Shown here: in pieces, positions 10,131 to 18,933 of the stretch
Layout: every line of letters starts with the position of its first letter
Position numbering within the stretch: position 1 is the first letter of the stretch
Source of the DNA: an uncultured Gammaproteobacteria bacterium
GTDB lineage: Bacteria; Patescibacteriota; Patescibacteriia; UBA9570
DNA: 64,000 bases
Direction: 5' to 3'
NCBI GenBank assembly: GCA_964385285.1
Contig: CAYLOJ010000001.1
Span: forward strand, 88,537 to 152,536
Position numbers and translations under genes: made by a program
The notes under the pieces: model-generated
Databases searched by the model: none
Told to the model about the DNA's origin: nothing
What the model saw: the letters and a program-made list of their open reading frames with translations, nothing else

Positions 10131-10977
10131 ACCTCTTCATCTCTTAGACACAACGCAGTTCGATCGTGCTTGGTTGGAACGCTGTTTTAATCGCGCGGCT
10201 GAATTCACTAGCAAAGGTTATGTGCATACCTTAACCGACAAAACGATCGCAACCTGCTTCTTTGAACCGTCTACACGTACCCGATTATCATTCACCGCTG
10301 CTGCCTATAAACTAGGTGCGAATGTGTTGGGCTTCGACAATAGCACCAGCACCTCATCTGCCAAAGGAGAATCTCTCGAAGACACAATTCGCATGGTGGC
10401 AAATTACAGTGACTTAATTGTAATGCGCCACCCAGAGGCCGGCAGTACTGAGCGCGCCGCCGCTGTATCGAACATACCGATTATCAATGCGGGCGATGGT
10501 GCGCACGCACATCCTTCGCAAACGGTCTTGGATTTATTTGCGATTCAACAGGGGATTGGCCGCTTGGATAATTTCACTATTGTCATGATCGGTGATCTGG
10601 AACATTCACGCGTCATTCATTCCTTGGTAGAGGCCCTCAAGTTATTTAAACGAGTGACCGTACAGCTCGTGGATCCGCGCACGCAAGATTACAAACCACT
10701 TCTACCCGAGGCCGATATTGTTCTGGTGACGCGCGTCCAACAAGAACGCTATGCTGACCCTGCAGAGGCAGAAGCATTCCAAAGGTCGTACGTGATTTCC
10801 TTGGAAGATGTCTTAAATATGAAACCGGAAGCAAAAATTATTAGTCCATTACCTCGCTTGTCTGAACTACCCACCACGATTGATGCACAACCTCAAGCCT
10901 ATTACTTTACACAAGCAGCCTTAGGCGTACCCGTGCGAGCAGCGCTATTAGAATATTATCTTGGCATATGGCAGTAA
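10120..10977 (+). CDS. pyrB: Aspartate carbamoyltransferase catalytic subunit
   Basis: STRTR carbamoyl-phosphate binding motif (FFEPSTRTRLSF) and the HPSQ / HxLP region. Confidence 0.85.
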   Translation: MNTKPLHLLDTTQFDRAWLERCFNRAAEFTSKGYVHTLTDKTIATCFFEPSTRTRLSFTAAAYKLGANVLGFDNSTSTSSAKGESLEDTIRMVANYSDLIVMRHPEAGSTERAAAVSNIPIINAGDGAHAHPSQTVLDLFAIQQGIGRLDNFTIVMIGDLEHSRVIHSLVEALKLFKRVTVQLVDPRTQDYKPLLPEADIVLVTRVQQERYADPAEAEAFQRSYVISLEDVLNMKPEAKIISPLPRLSELPTTIDAQPQAYYFTQAALGVPVRAALLEYYLGIWQ

Positions 10978-11951
10978 TTACACTGCCCGGCCTAATCGAT
11001 AGCCACGTCCATTTTCGCATTCCTGGCCAAGCCTATAAAGAAGATTGGATCACCGGATCGGCAGCCGCCTTGGCTGGTGGAGTAACCGGTGTGGTTGATA
11101 TGCCGAGTAATGTACCACCGGTGTTGACCGCAGACGATCTAGCCTCGAAACAGGCTTTAATTAAACCGAATGCAACAATTGAATACCGCTTGCCAATTGG
11201 TGTATCCGATGCCTCCATTGATGCCGCTTTAAATGGTCAGCACGCTGCCTGCGGCTTTAAAGTTTTTTTGCAGCCACACTCTACAGGCATGTACGTGGAG
11301 CAAGACGCTACCTTGCATACGCTATTTCAAAAGGCAGTAAAGCCGATCATGATTCACGATCACACTGGTGTCGATCGGATCCTTCCGTTTGTACGACAAT
11401 ATAAAAAACCAACGTACATCTGCCACGTTTCAACAGCTAGAGAGCTGACCCAAATCGCTCAAGCTAAGGCCGAGGGTTTACCGATTTATGCGGAGGTCAC
11501 TCTACACCATTTGTGGTTGGATCTGTGCAACCAAACTCTGGGGCACCGCGCGCAAGTGAATCCACCGCTGCGTACCGCGGCTGATCGAGCCGCGCTTTGG
11601 GCAGGAATTCGCAACGGGACAGTGGATACGATTGCCACCGACCATGCCCCACATCTGTTATCAGAAAAAGATTCTCCAGCCGGTGCAGCTGGTTTTCCCA
11701 GTATCGAACTCTTCTTGCCATTATTGCTCACCGGGGTAGCCCAAGGCCGCTTAACACTCACAGACATTGAGCGCTGTTGCGTAACCAATCCGACTCAGTT
11801 GTTTGGGTTCACTGGTCCGCGTGGCACGGTGACCGCGGATGACGCAGTTGTCTGGACCGTCACGGAAGCAGATATCAAAAGTAAATGTGCCTGGTCACCC
11901 TATTTAGGCATGGAATTGACTGGCAAGGTGCTACAAACTGCCTTGACGTAA
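10968..11951 (+). CDS. pyrC: Dihydroorotase
   Basis: LPGLIDSHVHFR HxH motif and DHAPH motif (TDHAPHLLSEKD). Overlaps pyrB by 10 nt. Confidence 0.8.
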   Translation: MAVITLPGLIDSHVHFRIPGQAYKEDWITGSAAALAGGVTGVVDMPSNVPPVLTADDLASKQALIKPNATIEYRLPIGVSDASIDAALNGQHAACGFKVFLQPHSTGMYVEQDATLHTLFQKAVKPIMIHDHTGVDRILPFVRQYKKPTYICHVSTARELTQIAQAKAEGLPIYAEVTLHHLWLDLCNQTLGHRAQVNPPLRTAADRAALWAGIRNGTVDTIATDHAPHLLSEKDSPAGAAGFPSIELFLPLLLTGVAQGRLTLTDIERCCVTNPTQLFGFTGPRGTVTADDAVVWTVTEADIKSKCAWSPYLGMELTGKVLQTALT

Positions 11952-12017
11952 CTACTGTTGTCTGAAAAAATCTTCCCACTAGCAACACTCCTGTTCGCTA
12001 GCACGGAGGATCCTACT

Positions 12018-12185
12018 ATGGATCACGACAGAGCCACGCGCATACCCGTTACACCACACACTGCCTCCACCACCACGGACGATCCTGATCACCCTGCCGC
12101 CATGAGCCTGCCACCGGGCAAGCGCAGCGCACAGGTGCCGGAACGGGCCTGTGGAGAGGTCGCCCTCCCGGTTTGGGAGTGGTAG
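12018..12185 (+). CDS. Small ORF (55 aa) inside GC-rich insert, preceded by a strong Shine-Dalgarno motif
   Basis: GGAGGA at 12005-12010, 7 nt before the ATG at 12018. Product MDHDRATRIPVTPHTASTTTDDPDHPAAMSLPPGKRSAQVPERACGEVALPVWEW has no recognisable family. The ORF track extends it 5' to 11958, but no Shine-Dalgarno motif lies there. Confidence 0.2.
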   Translation: MDHDRATRIPVTPHTASTTTDDPDHPAAMSLPPGKRSAQVPERACGEVALPVWEW

Positions 12186-12297
12186 CGGATTCGTAGTCGG
12201 AAGGGCAGGGCGGTGGTCTCAACCCCACTGCCCGCCCACACCCATCCCGCCGTTCAAACGGTATTTTTTATTTACCTGGTTTTCGTGTATACTGGCA

Positions 12298-12303
12298 ATA
12301 ATT
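12298..12303 (+). promoter_or_regulatory. Possible -10 box (TATACT) upstream of argH
   Basis: TATACT lies 26 nt before the argH ATG. No clean -35 at 17-bp spacing, so this is weak. Confidence 0.2.
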
Positions 12304-12329
12304 TGAATTATTAAGTAAGTGCACTCTGT

Positions 12330-13670
12330 ATGGCTCAACTTTGGAATAAAGGCTATAACATCAACCAAGAAATCCTTGAGTTTACGGTTGGAAATGATTA
12401 TGAGCTGGATCAGCTAATGATCAAGCACGATGTCTATGGCAGCATTGCACAAGCCGCCATGTTAACAAAAATTGGAGTACTAACGGCCGCGGAGTTCAAA
12501 AAAGTTCAGGATGCTTTACGCAATATCATTGCACTCTGGGAAGCTGGGAAATTTACCGTCCAGATGGAAGACGAAGATGGTCATACGGCTATTGAAAATC
12601 ATCTTGTCAAAACGTTAGGGGATCTCGGTAAAAAAATTCATACCGCCCGCAGTCGGAACGATCAAGTGGTCACAATGACACGCTTGTACACCAAAGAGAA
12701 GCTGATGAATGTCTACGGCCACAGCTTAACACTGGCTCAACACTTTCTAGATCTCGCCAAACGCTATCAAGCTGTCCCGATGCCAGGCTACACACATATG
12801 CAACGTGCCATGCCGACCTCTGGCGGTGTTTGGTTCAGTCAATATGCCGAAGCCATCCTGGATGATCTCGCGTTCTTGAAGACTGCCTTTGAATATAATG
12901 ATATGAGTCCGCTAGGCAGTGCAGCTGGCTTTGGAGTGAACTTCCCAATCGATCGCGCCTATACTGCCAAACTACTGGGTTTCAAAAAAGTGCAAAATAA
13001 TACGATGTACGTTTCTTACACCCGTGGAAAAGTGGAGGCAACAATCTTGTTCGCCTTAAATCAACTCATGCAGACCATGGCAAAATTTGCTAATGACGTG
13101 TTGATGTTCTCCATGTCCGAAACGGGCTTTGTGGAATTGCCGAAAGAGTACTGCACGGGGTCATCTCTGATGCCACAAAAACGAAACGGAGATGTCTTCG
13201 AGCTCACCCGCGGCAAAGCCAATATTATGCTAGGTCATCTGATTTCCAGTATTGAATTGCAAAATGTCCTGCTCTCTGGCTACAACCGTGATTCGCAGCT
13301 AACCAAAGATCTCCTAGTGAAAGCATTGCATCTCTACAGTAATACTGTAAAAGTGATGAGCACAGTAACCAGCGGCATTACGTTGAATGAGAAAAAATGT
13401 ATTGCCGCCTGCAGCCCCGAAATTTATGCGACTGACAAAGCCTTGGACCTAGTTAAACAGGGCATGCCTTTCCGCGATGCCTATCGCCACGTCGCAGCGC
13501 ATCTTGATGAATTAGAGGCGATTGATCCTGTTAAAAATATTAAACAGAAGCAGATTAATTTAAAACCCGCTACCGCTGCCTGGGCCAAACAATCACATTG
13601 GCTGACCACCGAACAAACCCATTGGAAGAAGACGATTCAAGCTTTACTGAAGTTGTCAAAACCCCAGTAA
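12330..13670 (+). CDS. argH: Argininosuccinate lyase
   Basis: Fumarate-lyase signature GSSLMPQKRNGDVFE, plus HTARSRNDQV and PGYTHMQRAMP blocks. These match ArgH rather than PurB. Confidence 0.85.
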   Translation: MAQLWNKGYNINQEILEFTVGNDYELDQLMIKHDVYGSIAQAAMLTKIGVLTAAEFKKVQDALRNIIALWEAGKFTVQMEDEDGHTAIENHLVKTLGDLGKKIHTARSRNDQVVTMTRLYTKEKLMNVYGHSLTLAQHFLDLAKRYQAVPMPGYTHMQRAMPTSGGVWFSQYAEAILDDLAFLKTAFEYNDMSPLGSAAGFGVNFPIDRAYTAKLLGFKKVQNNTMYVSYTRGKVEATILFALNQLMQTMAKFANDVLMFSMSETGFVELPKEYCTGSSLMPQKRNGDVFELTRGKANIMLGHLISSIELQNVLLSGYNRDSQLTKDLLVKALHLYSNTVKVMSTVTSGITLNEKKCIAACSPEIYATDKALDLVKQGMPFRDAYRHVAAHLDELEAIDPVKNIKQKQINLKPATAAWAKQSHWLTTEQTHWKKTIQALLKLSKPQ

Positions 13671-14612
13671 ATGGGTATAGTATTGCCAATGTCTACTGCT
13701 GTTACATTCCTCGGCAAGCGTTTTAAAAATCCGATCGTGCTAGCATCTGGCATTCTTGGTGTCACTGCTGCTTCCCTGAAACGCTGTGTCGATTTAGGTG
13801 CGGGCGGAGTGACGGTTAAATCGCTATCACTACAACCTCGTACTGGGCATGTGAATCCCACCATGGCCGGGCATGATTATTTTTTTATCAACGCCGTCGG
13901 ATTATCTAATCCCGGAATTGAGGAAGGGATTAAAGAATTAAAGAAATTCAAAACAATTTGTTCAGCACCACTCATTGGGAGTGTCTTTGCCGGCACCGTT
14001 CAAGAATTTGCGGATGTGACGAAACGGATTGTCACTGCACCGATTGATATTCTCGAAGTCGATATCTCTTGTCCAAATGTCGGAGACGAATTTGGTTCAC
14101 CCTTCGCCTATAGTGTAGATGCTGCCGTTGCCATTACGAAAGCGGTGAAGCGACAAGCCAAGCGCGTCCCCATCAGTGTAAAACTCTCACCCAATGCCTG
14201 GAATATTGGAGAAATTGCTGCCGCTTGTGAAGCGGCCGGTGCTGATGCCATTACTGCTATCAATACTGCCTCCGGAATGACCATTGATGCCACCTTCCAA
14301 GCCCCATTTTTGAGCAATAAGGTCGGTGGAATGTCTGGCCCAGCTCTCAAGCCCATTGCCTTAAAAGCGGTCTGGGATGTCCATTCTAGGCTCAAAAAAG
14401 CTCCAATCATTGCCACTGGTGGCGTGACCTCCGGCGAAGATGCTATTGAGATGATTCTAGCCGGCGGAACGTTGGTAGGTGTCGGTTCTGCAGCTTTCTG
14501 GCGTGGCGCTGAAGTGTTTGGCACAATTGTGAAGGAGATGGAGCAGTATATGAAAGCCAACAACATCAAAGAGATCAAAAGCTTGATTGGTAAAGCTCAT
14601 AAAGCCAAGTAG
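13671..14612 (+). CDS. pyrD: Dihydroorotate dehydrogenase catalytic subunit (class 1B)
   Basis: NPIVLASGILGVT...GAGGVTVKSLSL and the catalytic Cys in DISCPNV. Start overlaps the argH stop (TAAATG). Confidence 0.9.
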   Translation: MGIVLPMSTAVTFLGKRFKNPIVLASGILGVTAASLKRCVDLGAGGVTVKSLSLQPRTGHVNPTMAGHDYFFINAVGLSNPGIEEGIKELKKFKTICSAPLIGSVFAGTVQEFADVTKRIVTAPIDILEVDISCPNVGDEFGSPFAYSVDAAVAITKAVKRQAKRVPISVKLSPNAWNIGEIAAACEAAGADAITAINTASGMTIDATFQAPFLSNKVGGMSGPALKPIALKAVWDVHSRLKKAPIIATGGVTSGEDAIEMILAGGTLVGVGSAAFWRGAEVFGTIVKEMEQYMKANNIKEIKSLIGKAHKAK

Positions 14613-14614
14613 AT

Positions 14615-15418
14615 ATGAAACCCCGAGTTGCTGTACTAAAAAAAGTCACGAACGAAGCCAAGGATGTCAAAGGGTTTACCTTTGAGTTTGCGAACCTAAA
14701 CTCTCAGCCTGGTCAATTTGTCATGTTATGGATTCCAGGGGTGGATCAGAAACCGTTTTCCATCGCTGCCGATGATGGCAAGAGTTTTACGACCGTCGTC
14801 TTTAAACTGAAAAATTTTACCGAGCATCTCTTTAAGCTGAAACCAGGGGATAAGGTCGGTGTCACTGGACCATTTGGCAACCCCTACCATTGGAAACCCA
14901 AAAGCCATGTGATTGCGATCGGTGGTGGGTATGGGGCTGCGCCGTTAGCCTATCTCATTAATCGAGCCAAAGCCGATAACTGCAGTTATGAGCTATTGGT
15001 AGGAGCGCGCAATAAAGCCTTATTGCTTTATACAAATCATTTCCCGAAACATACTTATTTATCGACGAATGATGGATCGGCTGGGCACAAAGGGTTTATC
15101 ACAGAAGTGTTAGCTGAGCGTTTAGAACGACTGTCAAAAACCGAACGGAAAAATACGGTTGTCTACATGTGTGGTCCGGAGCCGATGGAATATGCTGCTG
15201 CTTTAGTCTGCAAACAATACGGGGTAGATAGTCAGATTAGTGTGGAGCGTTATATGAAATGTGGATTCGGGGTCTGCGGACAATGTTGCATCGACGATAC
15301 GGGTGAACGGATGTGCATCGAAGGACCCGTCTTAACTGGTAAGCACGCATTAACTCTTAAAGAATTCGGTCAGTATCATCGTGATAAATCTGGCCAAGCG
15401 CACACCTATGGTTCATAA
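14615..15418 (+). CDS. pyrK: Dihydroorotate dehydrogenase electron-transfer subunit
   Basis: FAD/NAD-binding fold followed by a C-terminal [2Fe-2S] Cys cluster (CGFGVCGQCC). Confidence 0.85.
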   Translation: MKPRVAVLKKVTNEAKDVKGFTFEFANLNSQPGQFVMLWIPGVDQKPFSIAADDGKSFTTVVFKLKNFTEHLFKLKPGDKVGVTGPFGNPYHWKPKSHVIAIGGGYGAAPLAYLINRAKADNCSYELLVGARNKALLLYTNHFPKHTYLSTNDGSAGHKGFITEVLAERLERLSKTERKNTVVYMCGPEPMEYAAALVCKQYGVDSQISVERYMKCGFGVCGQCCIDDTGERMCIEGPVLTGKHALTLKEFGQYHRDKSGQAHTYGS

Positions 15419-16013
15419 GGATCTTATCGACGCACTTTATCGTATTAACGCCGTCAAATTTGGTGAGTTCACTTTGAAGAACGGCATGCAATCGCCAATC
15501 TATATTGATTTGCGTGTAATCATCTCGTATCCAGATGTCTTGAAAATGATTGCCGGAGCCATGACGGAGCTGATTAAACATCACAAATTAGAATATAACG
15601 TTTTAGCTGGAATCCCATATACTGCATTGCCGATTACAACTGCGTTATCCTTGGAGCTAAACCAGCCAATGATCTACGCCCGCAAAGAAGCGAAAGCCTA
15701 TGGCACCAAAAAGAAGATCGAAGGCGCTTATACCGCCGGTCAAATCTGTTTGGTAGTGGATGATCTGATCACCACTGGTGAATCCAAGTTTGAAACGATC
15801 CAACCCTTTGAAGCTGAAGGGTTGATGATTCGTGATATCGTTGTACTGATTGATCGCGAACAAGGGGGCAGCAAAAAATTAGCCGATAACGGCTATCATC
15901 TCTATAGCGTGCTCACGCTAAATGATATCGTAAAACACTTAGTCAGCAACGGAACCATTCCGCCAGATTTAGAAAAAAAGATTCGAGATTTCTTAGCTGC
16001 TAATCATCTGTAA
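15408..16013 (+). CDS. pyrE: Orotate phosphoribosyltransferase
   Basis: PRPP-binding motif LVVDDLITTGESK. Start chosen at MVHKDLIDAL (KFGEFTLK follows). The ORF track starts at 15381. Confidence 0.85.
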   Translation: MVHKDLIDALYRINAVKFGEFTLKNGMQSPIYIDLRVIISYPDVLKMIAGAMTELIKHHKLEYNVLAGIPYTALPITTALSLELNQPMIYARKEAKAYGTKKKIEGAYTAGQICLVVDDLITTGESKFETIQPFEAEGLMIRDIVVLIDREQGGSKKLADNGYHLYSVLTLNDIVKHLVSNGTIPPDLEKKIRDFLAANHL

Positions 16014-16778
16014 TTGTGTATGACCTACGAAGCTAAATTACAAGCGGCAGTGAATCCAGCGGCGCGAGCGTTGCTCAAAACCGTTCTGGAAAAGGAATCC
16101 AATTTATCCGTGGCCGCAGACGTGACTACTTGTAATGAATTGATCACATTGATCCAGCAAACCGGGGATCAGATCGCTCTGCTCAAAACCCATATTGATG
16201 TATTGAGTGATTTCACTCCAGATTTAATCCCGACTTTGCTGGATCTAAAAAAACAATATAATTTTGTGATTTTTGAAGATCGGAAGTTTGCTGATATCGG
16301 CAACACGGTAAAACTGCAATACAGTGGTGGTGTCTATAAAATGGCTGACTGGGCAGATATTATTAATGCCCATGTGGTGCCAGGCCCAGGTATTATTGAA
16401 GGTTTATGGTCCATCGCTAAAGATAAAGGCGCTGGTTTGTTGCTCTTAGCGGAAATGAGTTCTGCTGGAAATTTGGCTAAAGGGGATTACACCAAAACCG
16501 CTGTACAGTGGGCTGAACAATACAGTGAATTTGTCATGGGTTTTATTGGCATGAAATCGCTCAGTAATAATCCACGTTTCATCACTATGACTCCAGGTGT
16601 GAACTTAGCTGATACCGGTGACGGCATGAAGCAGCAATACGTTACTCCTGAACAGGCAGTTCAAGGTGGTTCTGATATCATCATTGTCGGTCGCGGCATC
16701 TATGGTGCCAGTAACCCTGCTGAGGCCGCCAAACAGTACCGTGAAGCGGGTTGGAAAGCATACGCAACATTGCGATAA
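16014..16778 (+). CDS. pyrF: Orotidine-5'-phosphate decarboxylase
   Basis: FEDRKFADIGNTV, including the catalytic Lys, and the DxKxxD-type active site. Confidence 0.85.
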   Translation: MCMTYEAKLQAAVNPAARALLKTVLEKESNLSVAADVTTCNELITLIQQTGDQIALLKTHIDVLSDFTPDLIPTLLDLKKQYNFVIFEDRKFADIGNTVKLQYSGGVYKMADWADIINAHVVPGPGIIEGLWSIAKDKGAGLLLLAEMSSAGNLAKGDYTKTAVQWAEQYSEFVMGFIGMKSLSNNPRFITMTPGVNLADTGDGMKQQYVTPEQAVQGGSDIIIVGRGIYGASNPAEAAKQYREAGWKAYATLR

Positions 16779-16781
16779 ATC

Positions 16782-17558
16782 ATGCATAAGGAATACACAG
16801 ACCATATAGTCTTCGAAAAATTGTTGGTGTATTCAAATTATTATAAAAACTTGTCCGGTTTGATTCTAGGCTTTGCCTCTTTAGGTACTAGCAAGGTATA
16901 TAATATTGATACCTATACCTATTCTTCTATACAAGGTACTTTGGAATCAATACATGATATTTTAAAAAAAGGGCGGATCAATGATAGTTACGCTCTATTA
17001 AGAAAGTACTATGATTCGATCATTATTAATATCTATACTGTTTTATATCTTAAAGATCATGTGAGTGCTGAAGAGTTTATTGTCGAAAAAATTGATAATT
17101 GGCTTCAAGGAAGTGAAGCTTTACCAGAATATAGAGTAATGAATAATTACGTTCGTTCTTCAAATGATCTCAAGTCTCTTAATCATTTACTCTTTAAAGA
17201 CGATACGTATAAAAATATACGGGATCGTTGTAATAATCACGTACATTACAACTTTTTTCGCTACGTGCTTTTAAATGATAATGAAATAAACTTTGGCAAC
17301 AGAACTAAATCTTTAGATATTTTTTTAAAGGATTTAGATAATATATTTGTACTCCACTTTTGCTACTTATTTACAGTAAATCCACATTATATGGCATCTA
17401 CAGATTATGTGGATAGTCTAGATCTAGGCCTTATTGCTGATGAGAATTCACAATATTATGTAGCCCCATTTATACAAACAGCATTCAATGATATAAAAGT
17501 AAATCGACCCGACTTAGCAGAGGAAATAAAAAACAACTCTATAATGTACTTAGAATAA
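16782..17558 (+). CDS. AT-rich orphan hypothetical protein (possible HEPN-like Rx5H motif)
   Basis: 258-aa ORF with very low GC (roughly 28-30%) in a ~45% GC context. The product is rich in N/Y/K/I. It contains RDRCNNH (R-x5-H). No other recognisable motif. Confidence 0.45.
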   Translation: MHKEYTDHIVFEKLLVYSNYYKNLSGLILGFASLGTSKVYNIDTYTYSSIQGTLESIHDILKKGRINDSYALLRKYYDSIIINIYTVLYLKDHVSAEEFIVEKIDNWLQGSEALPEYRVMNNYVRSSNDLKSLNHLLFKDDTYKNIRDRCNNHVHYNFFRYVLLNDNEINFGNRTKSLDIFLKDLDNIFVLHFCYLFTVNPHYMASTDYVDSLDLGLIADENSQYYVAPFIQTAFNDIKVNRPDLAEEIKNNSIMYLE

Positions 17559-17562
17559 ACAA

Positions 17563-18867
17563 CTAAGCCAACTCGGCATCAAAGCGGAAAGGTTCAACGC
17601 GTGTCAATTTCACTTGTTGGAATGTTCCAACTAAATTGGCGTCTTCGGGGGCTTGGAAGGCGACGGTGACCTGGTGTTGATTACGACCTAACCAGTGATC
17701 TTTAGTAAACTTTTCTACTAAGATGGTATCCGTACTGCCAATACGAGGTTCTTGATTTAACATGAACGTCCGCTCTAACACGCGGGTAAGCTCTTCAAAG
17801 CGGCGCTTCTTTTCTTCGTGCGTAACATCATCAGTGAAACGACGGGCGGCGACGGTGCCAGGGCGAACCGAATATTGAGCGATGAAGGCCATGTCGTACT
17901 GCACGTATTCCATTAAGGTTTTTGAATCTTGAAAATCCTCTTCGGTTTCACCGGAGAAACCCACAATTACATCGGTGGAAAGAGAGACATTCGGAATACC
18001 GGCTTTGATATCATCAATCAGTTTCATATATTGCTCACGCGTATATGGCCGATTCATGCGGCGCAACACTTTGGAACTACCCGATTGAGCCGGTAAGTTA
18101 ATTTGTTTGCAAAGTTTCGGATATTTGGCGATGACCTCAATTACATCTGCGGTAAAGTCGCGAGGATGAGGCGCATGAAAACGGACCCAGAAGTCGCCAG
18201 GCAATTCGGCAATGGTGGCCATCAGTTGAGCAAAGTTTAATTCGGCTAATGTACCATCAGGATTCTTTTTATCCATGCCATATGAATTCACATTCTGACC
18301 CAACAGATGAATATCTTTATAACCTTTAGCAATTAAGTCTTTGACTTCCCGAATAATATCAGCCGAATCACGCGATCGCTCACGACCACGGGTATAAGGC
18401 ACAGCACAATAGGTACAGAACTTATCACAGCCTTTGGCAATCGGCACCCACGCCCGGAAGGTAGAATTATGAATCGGTTGAATATCAAAATACTTCATCT
18501 GATCACGCAGATTAACCGTTTCTTCTACGTTGGTTTGGGCCATCAGCAATGGCAACTTTGGCAACTCTTCAATATCAAACACTAGATCAAACTTCGGAGT
18601 CAGTTTCTGTTTATCATGTGGCAGCACACACCCTGTCAAAATCGTGGTGAGATCGCCGGATTGCTGACGTTTTTCCCAACCTTTGAACTTACCATAAATA
18701 CGATCCACAGCAGATTGTCGAATGGCGCAGGCAATCACCGCAATCACATTGGCTTGATCTTCATCTTCGACACGGGAATAGCCTAATTTTTCCAAGACCG
18801 TAGCCACGCGTTCTCCATCGGATTTATTGGTTTGGCAACCTAATGGCCAGACAAAATAGGTTTTCAT
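17563..18867 (-). CDS. miaB: MiaB/RimO-family radical-SAM methylthiotransferase
   Basis: MTTase N-terminal domain (MKTYFVWPLGCQTNKSDGE), radical-SAM CxxxCxxC (CDKFCTYC) and a TRAM-like C-terminus. Start set at MKTYF; the ORF track extends 13 codons further upstream over the fbp promoter. Confidence 0.8.
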   Translation of the reverse strand: MKTYFVWPLGCQTNKSDGERVATVLEKLGYSRVEDEDQANVIAVIACAIRQSAVDRIYGKFKGWEKRQQSGDLTTILTGCVLPHDKQKLTPKFDLVFDIEELPKLPLLMAQTNVEETVNLRDQMKYFDIQPIHNSTFRAWVPIAKGCDKFCTYCAVPYTRGRERSRDSADIIREVKDLIAKGYKDIHLLGQNVNSYGMDKKNPDGTLAELNFAQLMATIAELPGDFWVRFHAPHPRDFTADVIEVIAKYPKLCKQINLPAQSGSSKVLRRMNRPYTREQYMKLIDDIKAGIPNVSLSTDVIVGFSGETEEDFQDSKTLMEYVQYDMAFIAQYSVRPGTVAARRFTDDVTHEEKKRRFEELTRVLERTFMLNQEPRIGSTDTILVEKFTKDHWLGRNQHQVTVAFQAPEDANLVGTFQQVKLTRVEPFRFDAELA

Positions 18868-18896
18868 AGGCCGGGGGATTATAGAGGAAATGTGCC

Positions 18897-18925
18897 TTGA
18901 AATCAAGTGGCGGCAATGTTATAAT
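18897..18925 (+). promoter_or_regulatory. Sigma70-type promoter for fbp, leaderless-type
   Basis: TTGAAA (18897-18902), a 17-bp spacer, TATAAT (18920-18925), then only 8 nt to the ATG at 18934. No Shine-Dalgarno motif. Confidence 0.55.
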
Positions 18926-18933
18926 CCAGACAT

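Noticed and set aside
11958-12185. 75-aa ORF as drawn in the track starting at 11958
   Set aside because: The first 20 codons lie in host-like AT-normal sequence with no Shine-Dalgarno motif, while the internal ATG at 12018 has a strong GGAGGA. If translated at all, the shorter 55-aa form is more plausible. Even that is low confidence.
12202-12236. GC-rich hairpin after the small ORF as a clean intrinsic terminator
   Set aside because: The arms GGGCAGGGCGGTGG and CCACTGCCCGCCC are only partially complementary with several bulges. The nearest T-run is 25 nt away and follows a weaker CCGTT/AACGG stem. The region is recorded as terminator-like without a precise call.
17563-18906. Upstream 13-codon extension of miaB (MISRHISSIIPRP)
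   Set aside because: The extension overlaps the well-formed fbp promoter. The conserved MiaB N-terminus begins at MKTYFVWPLGCQ, so the start was set at 18867.
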